A stretch of 54,569 bases of DNA, counting the filler, from Catajapyx aquilonaris (taxonomy: Eukaryota), in assembly GCA_000934665.2 (NCBI GenBank). It is 2 parts of 2 records of this genome, joined end to end, with 100 filler letters (N's around TTAATTAATTAA, not from the genome) between each part and the next. Parts side by side here need not be neighbours in the genome. Positions count along the whole stretch, not along the records: positions 1 to 27,208 come from JYFJ02005090.1; 1 more part is not named here. One strand, written 5' to 3'. Below, one piece after another: positions 12,247-21,220 of this stretch. The number at the start of each line of letters is the position of its first letter. The stretch's first letter is position 1. A program made the position numbers and the translations under genes. The notes beneath the pieces were generated by a model, which made no database searches, had not been told where the DNA came from, and saw nothing but the letters and a program-made list of their open reading frames with translations.

Positions 12247-14714
12247 TGTACCTTTTGGTCTCATTTTGCATGCGAATTTTAGCTCCTGGTTGCATCTCAG
12301 GTTCGTCCATTTTTCTGTGTAGCGCAAATCTGCGCATTGGTCTGTCGGAAGTGAGCTTTTCTCTGCCTCGTTCCAGTTGATAAAATTGGTCGGAGTTCCA
12401 TCACTCCATTCCCATAGTGTAGGATGCTCCAAGTTGTTCAGACCGAGCCATATTTGCCAGTACATTTTGCCTCAAATTTATATTTAAAAAAAAAGATGAG
12501 CGTGAATTGCATAAAAATGACATGAAGTGTTTATTTACCAGCGAAATATGATTGTTGTAGTTTTCCATGAATGCTTGCAAGTTCAGCATCTTCATGGAGC
12601 TGCTTGCATCTTTCTCTCGCTGATGTCCAGGACGACTTCTCATTAGACACATAGTAGCAGCTTCCCATATAAAACTCCCAATGTTCAGGGCAGACAGGGC
12701 TTTCTGATAATTATGAACAGTAATATCAGGGAGCATATTACTGCATAAGAGGCGCAAACATTCGATTTCCGCGTCTCTCTGTTTGGGGCGTTGCCAAGGC
12801 TGGCGGCCATTTGGAAGTGTGGGGAACGCCAACGAGATATAAATAGGGTACAGGCAAAAATAGGGTCCGCCATCTTTGATTCGCGCGTGTTCTTGCCGTG
12901 TAGTTGCCATGGCCGCCACAATCATCAAAGATGGCGGACCCTATTATTGCCTGTACCCTATTTATACCTCGCTGGCGTTCCCCACACTTCAAGATGGCCG
13001 CCAGACTTGGCAACGGTCCCAAACAGCGAACATCAAAGGCACCGACAGAAGTTTGCGCCTCTTATGCTCCCTGGTAAATATGCATAGGCAAATTTTGTTA
13101 AGTTTAAAAATATTTATGTAATGCACCTGAAGGTAGTTGGCAGATGTAATTCAGCTTATCCGAGCAATCTCGACTGTTCCATCGTTCAGACTGAACCAGT
13201 TCGACACACTTCTTTTCTTCAGACGATTCATCCCTACCCCAGTTCTCCCAATCCAGTTCAGTCCCATCGCTCCAGAACCAATCACTTTCATTGTCAGATC
13301 TCTCCAGACCGATCCACAGTTGCCAAAACATTTTTTCTGTGACAATTAATTGTATATTATCCTGAAGGCTCATATTAATTGGAGTAATTTCAGTCTATAA
13401 TTACGTGTCAGGTAATCCTGTTCCCTTGAACTTCTAAGGCTGACCAGATCCGCTCCTTTGTCCGTTTGTTTGCAAGCTTGTCTGGCAGTCTGCCACGTGG
13501 CTCTGAAGTCTGATATGTAATAGCAATAATCCTCAAACAGTTCCCAGTCATTAGGACAAGACAATTGTGTCTTGATCACAGGTATTCTTGTAGGCAGGAC
13601 AGTCACAGTTTCGGTATTGTTGTCATAATATTCAGTAGATATATCCGATTCGGTTAAATTAAGAGGAGTTAATTCGGTGACACGTGGAATTAAATCAGGT
13701 GTTTGCGCAGTGGTGGTTTCAGTTCCGATTATTTTAGCAGTGGTGATTTCAGTTCCGATTATTTTAGCAGTGGTGATTTCAGTTCCGATTATTTTAACTG
13801 TGGTGATCACTGTGGTTCTTTCTGGAAATTACATGAAATTATTGCTACACTCTAAGAAATGTCCGGGTTAAATGTATTTATCCCGGAAAAAGATCACTTG
13901 TGTCATGGTTATTTAACCCGGACATTTCTTAGAGTGTATACACTCTAACAAATGTCCGGGTTAATAACCATGACTAAGAAATGTCCGGGTTAAATAACCA
14001 TGACTAAGAAATGTCCGGGTTAAATAACCATGACACAAGTGATCTTTTTTCCGGGATAAATACATTTAACCCGGACATTTCTTAGAGTGTATAGTAATAA
14101 GAAGTACGTACAATAAAACCTTAACTTACTTGTGATTGCAGGCAGTGTAGGCTTGTTAGTGGTTGTTGTTGTGGTTGTTGGACGTGGCTTGATGCAATTG
14201 GGTATCGGAGGATCCCATTCCTTCTTTTTGCACGTGGAGACATGGCTTCCGTCCAATTCGTACCCATACTTGCAATAGAATTCAATCACTAGTCCTTCCA
14301 AAGCGATTCCGATTTTGGACTTGACACAACGCAACTTGACATTATCCGATAGTCTTTTGCAGTCTGGGATGACATAAAATCCATGCCTTGGATCGCTAGG
14401 CAGCATGCAGTGGTCGAATATTGAAATGTCCGGAATCAATCCTCTTTTGGGACGCCTAATATAATAATTGCAGGCTGTCTCGTCTGACAGGTCTGGACAG
14501 TCTGGCTCATGGTCGCAAACCCACTCTGAGGGTATGCAACCCGTCACATTTTGGCACGCGAAATTTGGTCCGCATATTGAGGTGTTGGCAGATGCAAAAT
14601 CTGGAAAAAAAATGTGCAGAAATAATGCAAGGAAACTAATTTTGAACCGCTGCACTTACCAGCAATTACTCCACTAATTATTAGAAGGGCCAAAATGTTC
14701 CATTTGGACATCAT
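7693..14714 (-). CDS. Multi-exon secreted ModSP/HP14-like serine protease (gene 3): signal - LDLa - RPKR - Sushi - Thr-rich stalk - 6 C-type lectin domains - Wonton-like - protease with intact triad
   Basis: Signal [18 protein letters not shown] (ATG 14714). LDLa CGPNFAC...[13 protein letters not shown]. Sushi [10 protein letters not shown]...[10 protein letters not shown]...WDPPIPNC. Six CTLs at ~13560-9800. Zymogen junction RATTL-MHRG. Triad motifs [23 protein letters not shown]. Stop at 7693. Confidence 0.92.
8115..8562. mobile_element. MITE family B copy with a nested GC-rich inverted-repeat element (~8150-8356), in the last intron of gene 3
   Basis: Ends and body resemble 2132-2578 (gaatttttt..gcgcaacc..gcgcaccc; ggaaacgt.gcaaacgtcgg; ccaaccgtgca.gctgcgc). 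Inner ~49-bp inverted repeat at 8179-8227 / 8308-8356. Confidence 0.65.
10618..10972. mobile_element. Palindromic MITE family A, copy 2 (intron of gene 3)
   Basis: CAGGGAG...CTCCCTG termini with a perfect 7-bp TSD gtcgtgt. Confidence 0.92.
12160..12244. repeat. (TA)n microsatellite in an intron of gene 3
   Basis: Uninterrupted TA dinucleotide run of ~85 bp. Confidence 0.98.
12727..13073. mobile_element. Palindromic MITE family A, copy 3 (intron of gene 3)
   Basis: CAGGGAG...CTCCCTG termini. Flanks gtaatat / gtaaatat form a TSD with a 1-nt indel. Confidence 0.9.
13708..13807 (-). repeat. Coding 30-bp tandem repeat (~3.3 units) encoding a ([10 protein letters not shown])n mucin-like stalk in gene 3
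   Basis: cagtggtgatttcagttccgattattttag repeated in frame within an exon. Confidence 0.9.
13848..14089. mobile_element. Two abutting, oppositely oriented tiny MITEs (13848-13936 and 13941-14089) with CACTCTAA...TTAGAGTG termini flanked by TA; CACTA/EnSpm-like
   Basis: TIR cactctaagaaatgtccgggttaaat. TA flanks each copy. The second copy has an internal ~30-bp unit amplified three times. Confidence 0.75.
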
Positions 14715-14922
14715 AACAGAGCAGGCCGTTACAAGCTGAAATACAACGTAGAGTGTGGGGAATATTGGATCATGATCGGTTACTACATGACCCTTGCAGG
14801 AGATGATAACCCGGGCTGTGACCGTGACCTCAAATATTTATCAAGTAATGAAACAGGAAGAAACTTGTTTATTTTTAATATTTCGGGATTTTTTTATAAT
14901 CTGCACATTTCGTGTGTTGTAA

Positions 14923-17900
14923 CTACAACAAATTTGCAGTCGCCTCTGACAGAACACCGTTGATCCAATCCAGATAACTGCTGACTCTTGTAAACACGCT
15001 GTATTCAGTACTCTTGCATGACACCAGGTCATCCAAGACGTCACCAAAGCTGACCAGTCCTTCAAGATACCATCTCCTGTCTGCTGCTGGAAAGACCATT
15101 CCTCCACCGCTGTCTCCATGACAAACACTCGTGCCTGGAGAAGAAAAAAAATATTAGTTTCTCCATACATTACAGTCAGTGATTTTTGGTAAGAAAAAAT
15201 ATACCATTCCGATATCCTGCGCAGTAGGTGGTGTCCTCCATTTCCAAAATGAGTCCAAATGTGTCTATACATTCTTGCTTTGGAGCCACTGGAAAAGTTG
15301 CCATGAACAGGTCGTTTGGTTGCTCGTTTCGTTCATTAGTGCCCCATCCGACAACCTAACAATTAATTTACAAACAATTTAATTGTACTGCTTAATAATA
15401 ATTTCATTAAACAGAAACTATTCATACCACTCCAACTTTTCCAGGAAATACGAGGGAATGGTGAGCTTCTCTTGGGACACATATTGGTCTCACGTAGTTG
15501 GTGATTTCGACTGGTGCTTTCAGGACTATTATGGCTATGTCTGACTCAATAGTCTCGGGGTTGTACCGATAGTGAAGGTAAATTTTCAGTACCTCGCGTT
15601 GTTGAACAAACAGGTCGTTTTCGTCCAGATGTCTATAGTATTTTCCAAGAAACACTTTCATGCGTCTTGTTTCTATAGGTTCAGCAACATTTGGATTCTT
15701 CAGAACGCAATGGGCGGCTGTAAAAGTGCTACAATAAATGTCACATTTTCAGGGCATCATAATGATTATTATGTATACCTGTTATTATAAACCGATTGCC
15801 CAAAAGTGATCCTCCGCAATGATATTCCCATTTCATCTTTTCGTTTCGTCTGTACAAACCAGCATGCCATGGCCATTGGCCTCTTGTGGCCTTGATTCCT
15901 CGATGCATAAGTGTCTGAAGCTTAGGCTTCAGCTGACTTGATGTTCCACACACTGAAGATATATGCAGAAGTATATAAATTATTTTTTTTCATTCATACC
16001 TTGGTTGTTCATACCTGGTTGACATGTAATTTCTGGTTCGCTGGACCAAACACCGTCGTCCAAACATGTCAAATTATGCGTCTGGATACTTCCAACTTCT
16101 TCGTATAGATCTGCGCATTGCAACAGAACCTCTGTTCCTATAGGCAGGAAATTATTATGACACGAAACCTGTTCGTCTGTGTCGTCTCCAGAAGGTGTGA
16201 AACACAATGCTTCGGTTCCAATCATCCGTTTTATTGGAGGACACTGCGGCAGATCATTTGGCGAAAGGAAGCCCAAATCAGGCGCGTTCTTATCCTCTGA
16301 AAATTGTACACAAAATATTATTGGCTACGTACAGGTGTAATTATAGGAAATGTATACCTAGTGAAAGCTTGCATAAAAACGATTTGGTGTCGCTGCATGA
16401 GTCTGTCTTCCATGAAGAATCGGTTAGAGTTGTGAGTGCCGCACATAATTTGGAAGAGTTGCGGTCATACTGTTCTTCCTCCCAGCCTGCAAAGGTCACT
16501 CTTGACCCATCACTCCAGACCCATTTGTCCTGACCTGTCGTGCTAGCTCCAGTCCATATTTCCAGCACAATCGTCTCTGCAATGACATAATAAATTACAT
16601 AGCTCACTTTGTTTTAAAAAACTTTGCAATGAAATTATCCATTACTTGCAATGTAGTTGTGCTCTTCAATGCTCTCTAAACTAATGAGATCCGATCTAGG
16701 TTCCATCTGTTTGCAAAATTCTCTTGCAGATTGCCAAGTCGATTGGAAATCAGAGAGATAGTAACAATGAGACTCGCGGGATTCCCATCCTTCAGGACAA
16801 ATGTTGGAATAATCTGATAATAAATATGTAATATTATAGTTCGTTTAATAACCTTTCAGATCGGAACATTTTTTTAACCTGAGCGAAATTTGCAGGAGAA
16901 ATAATTGAATTGGTCGCATTGCATCGATTGCCATAAGACTGTGTCGTTATTGTCGCTTCTTGAGTGGACCATTGCGGTGCATCTGTGCCTTTTGTCTGTT
17001 ATTGGCTGGTTCATATCCCAATTGATGAAGATCTGTTCAGTTCCATCGCTCCAGCGCCATTCTCCAGGATTGTACAGTTGCTGGAAGCCTATCCATATAC
17101 GTGGACGGAGAAGCTTTCCTTTGAATGAAAAATTGTGCGTTTACACATTCAGATAATAATAACATCAGTAGTACACACAACGCACTTGAGATGTAATCAG
17201 ATTCATCTTTAGAGCTGATGCTAGCCAGATCAGCATCAGATTCCAGATCCTTGCAAAAATTTCGCGATTCCTTCCACGACATCTTAGTAGACGACATTCG
17301 ATAGCACGAGTTTAGCATGAATGTCCAGCCGACAGGACACGGCTCTGGAATATATACGCACAACAATAATATTTGCGCGAAAATTTTGCAAACAATTTTC
17401 ACACCTGGCTGGACTTTGCAGACAAAGTTGATTTCACTGTCGCATTTGATGCTGTTCCAATGTCCGGTTGCGAATAATTCGGCGCATTCTTCAGATTTAC
17501 GATTTGTTGGATGTCCTGCCTTCCAGTTGATGAAGTTTGTTTGTGTATCGTCGCTCCATTCCCATTCACCTTTGCTGACCAGGTCATTCAGGCCTATCCA
17601 CACTCTCCAGTACATTTTCTCTGCAAAAAATTTTAACAAGTCAAAAAGAAAGGTCAGGATTTCTTTGTAAGTACTTACCAGTAAGATATCGCTGTTCTTC
17701 AAAGCTGTGGATGCTGACCAGATCTGCTCTCATGTCCATCTCTGTGCAGGTCTTTCTAGCTACTGACCAACTGACCTTTTCTTGTGACAAAAAGTAGCAG
17801 GCGCCTAGGTACAACTGCCATTGGTCAGGACACTCAGGTAAATCTGTCCCCCCAAAAAATTAGTTAGTCCTGAACGACACTGTTATATACGTTTGCTCAA

Positions 17901-20639
17901 CATACCAGGCTGGAACTTGCAGACAAACTTATGTTCCTCGTGACATTGTTTGGCCTTCCATTTTCCTGACTGAAGAAGCTGGACGCATGTTTGGTCAGAG
18001 TCTCGATCTTCAGTGTCCCATTGGGAAAAGTCTAAATAAGAATCGTCTGACCAAAGCCATTTGTCGCGTTGGCCATCGAATTCCAGGCCTATCCAAATTT
18101 CCCAATACATTTTGTCTGGAAAAAAAATTATGGACGTAAATGAATAAATTCAGGGCAATGATCACAAATTATTAGCAAATTATGTTATTACCAGTAATGA
18201 ATGATTGTTCGGACGCTTTGTGAACACTCATCAAATCAGACTTCTTATCGATGGTTCTGCAGGTCTCGAGAGCTTCCTTCCATGTAGCTTGATAATCGGA
18301 AATGTAATAGCAGCTTCCATCGTGATATTTCCATCCATCTTTGCACGGATCTGTAATATTTCAATCAGGTTTTATTTCTTTGCAAAACTGGGTAAAAATT
18401 CGCGTACCTGTTGGCTTGACTTTGCATGCGAATTTGTACTCTTCGTTGCATTTTCGATTGTTCCATGTCTCAGTGTGGGTCAACTGAGCGCATCTATTTT
18501 CCAGCATGTTTTCAGGATACGATTGTTCCCAGCTGATAAAATTTAGGAGTGATCCGTCGCTCCATTTCCATTCCCGAATTTTCTCCAGATTGTTGAATCC
18601 TATCCACATTTCCCAGAACAGCTTTCCTATACACACATAAAAAATTCCAGGTTAGTTCCGTATTTTTTAAAAACAAAATTAATAAGTGATTTACTCTGTA
18701 AATAGTTCTGCTCTTCCTCGGAGTGAATACTGGCCAAGTTTGAATCCGGATCTAATGATAGACAAGTGCGATGAGCTTTTCGCCAGGAAACTCTGTCGCT
18801 GGAGATGTAGTAGCAGAAATCGCCAAATCTCTCCCAATTGTTGCTGCATGTTGAGTTTTCTGAGGGGGACACATTTTGGCAAAAACACAGCTCACTTTGA
18901 ATTATTTATCAAATAAATTCAGTGCAAATTCTCCAAACGTTTTGGATCGTGTTTATATAATTAATGAAAATCTTTCAAGTGAACGTACCTGAGGGTGATT
19001 TGCAAACGAATCTGTGTTCTTCTGAGCAGTCGTGACTTTTCCACAAGTTTGAATGCAAAAGTTCTCCGCAAAATTCGCTCTCTCCTGCTTGAGTCATTCT
19101 CCACTTGAAATAGTCAACGTTGGTTCCATCGCTCCAGCCCCATTCTCCAGTCTGATTCAAGTCGTGCAGTCCTATCCACAGCTGCCAAAACATTTTGCCT
19201 GGAATTTTGGCACACGTCTAATTTATTATTATTTCTGTCAATTATATATTGGCAAGAAGGTTACACTGACCTGTGACGAATTTCATTTCCTGAGCATCGT
19301 GTATGCTGACCAAATCTGCCCTTTGGTCAGTCTTCCTGCAAAACTGTCTTGCTTCTTGCCAGGTCGAGACTTCGTCTGAAACATAGTAGCACAAGTCCTC
19401 GTGGAATTCCCATCCTTTAGGACAGCTTTTTCGGGTCGAGGGTGGCAATAATGTTGTCGTAGGGGTCGCTTCAGTTGTGTTCCAAATAGTGTCGTTTCCT
19501 TCGTTGATGACGTACGTCGACAATGTTGCGTTTAGAGTGTCCTCATCAGTCGGTGTTGAAATCGTGGGAGATGCTACAAAAATTAGTGGGTATCATACAG
19601 GGTGTTTCGTGTAGGTAAAACTTACTGTTTGTGTCCTCAGGAAATGTACTTGTAGTCGGTAATGTTGTGATTACTTCTATGGTGGGCACTGTAGTTGTTG
19701 TTGTTGTGGTCATCGCTATGGTGGGCACTGTAGTAGTTGTTGTTGTAGTGACAGGTTTGGGATTGTACTTGACACATTTTGGAAGACCAGGTTTCCACTT
19801 TCCTTTCGTACAGGTGACCTTATCGCTTCCTACCAGTGTGTATCCTTCCTTGCAGAAATACTCGATCTCAAGTCCTTCCAGTCCCAACCCTATGTCAATC
19901 TTCCAGCAAGATGGTTTGCTGGCAGCGGTCACCAGTCCCCTGCACATCGGAATCTGGTAGTTTCCATGGTTCGGTTCTTTCGGAAGCTTGCAATAAAGCC
20001 CGATGTCTGGAACTGGAAGGTCTGGAAGGAATCTTCTTTTCCTCTCTTGTCCGCATTGGGTTTCGTCCGATCCATCCGGACAGTCCCAGATTCCGTCGCA
20101 GATTCTAGTGGACGGAATGCAGGCGATTCCAGATTCGGGGCAGGGAAGTTGACCTTTCCATGAGCATATGTCAGCTGGAACTGTTGCAGAATCTGCAATT
20201 CGGTTTCAAAATTGTAATGAAACTGATGATGTATACATAACAATATAAATTCCCATGACGCACAACGTATAACTACTAATCAACAAAGTAAATCGTAAAA
20301 AAATATTCGGTTCAAAAGGTCAAGGATTCATCAATACAGCAACAGTTGCTATTCTAACTCCTTTTGATACAGTCATGTACTACATCACCCACAGGACCCA
20401 ATATTAATTAATATTAATTAACATGTACACATACTTTTCAATTCAATAACAAACAATGCCATGTAGCTCCAAAAATAACATTTGACAGAACCACTCAATA
20501 GATATTTTTCTAAACTCCCCTACGAATATGAGTAATTATTTGCTTTTTTTGTGAGCCTCTGTCAGTCCTAATATCATTACTTACCTACATGGACGGCGAT
20601 GCAAATGACAAGTATCAGGTACGGCTTTGGACGGGACAT
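14923..20639 (-). CDS. Multi-exon secreted ModSP/HP14-like serine protease (gene 4): signal - LDLa - RKRR - Sushi - Thr-rich stalk - 6 C-type lectin domains - Wonton-like - protease with intact triad
   Basis: Signal-like exon MSRPKPYLILVICIAVHV (ATG 20639). LDLa CSWKGQLPC...CDGIWDCPDGSDETQC. Sushi CKLPKEPNHG...FCKEGYTLVG...WKPGLPKC. Six CTL exon pairs at ~19430-16360. Junction KLQTL-MHRG. Triad motifs TAAHC, ESDIAII, GTSVCHGDSGG. Stop at 14923-14925. Confidence 0.92.
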
Positions 20640-21220
20640 GATGCTTACATTTCTCGTCGCTATCTGCACGGAGACTGCCTTTTTCATGTGCAGTCATAGA
20701 GAGAGCCAATCTGGCCCAGTTCCAATTTTTTTTCTCTAAGAACTCTTATCACTGAAGGGAAGTTCAAGATTTTTATTCGAGTGTGGTTTTATAGACTGCG
20801 GTCACCAAGAGAGGATATGAACTGTAATACAAAGCTGATAGCCCATTTCATTGAACATTATTTATTGCATGGACTAAAGTATACAACACAAATTATTGTG
20901 CAAGTAGTAAGTTCACGGCTTATTTAGTAATGCATAATGTCGGAAATATTTTATTTATTAACAGAGTGTGTACACAGTATGCAAATGCAAATATCCAAAA
21001 AATATTCATGTACTTTTTATTGCATTTTTATGTGAGCAAAATAAAACATTAGTTCAGTCAGTGAATTAAATTATAAAGAATACAAATTGATTTCTCTTGT
21101 TGAAATAACAACGGTCTTGAATAATTTTTGCAATCATGACGAGTACATTAATATGCAATTATTTCTCTTGCTCCAGCACCAGTCAATAGAACATATCCCC
21201 CTTTATATCATGGCATTATG

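Noticed and set aside
11992..12465. ORFs with (YI)n tracts
   Set aside because: Read-through of an intronic (TA)n microsatellite.
13941..14040. ~30-bp direct repeats resembling a CRISPR array
   Set aside because: The units are contiguous with no unique spacers, lie in a eukaryotic intron and belong to a MITE.
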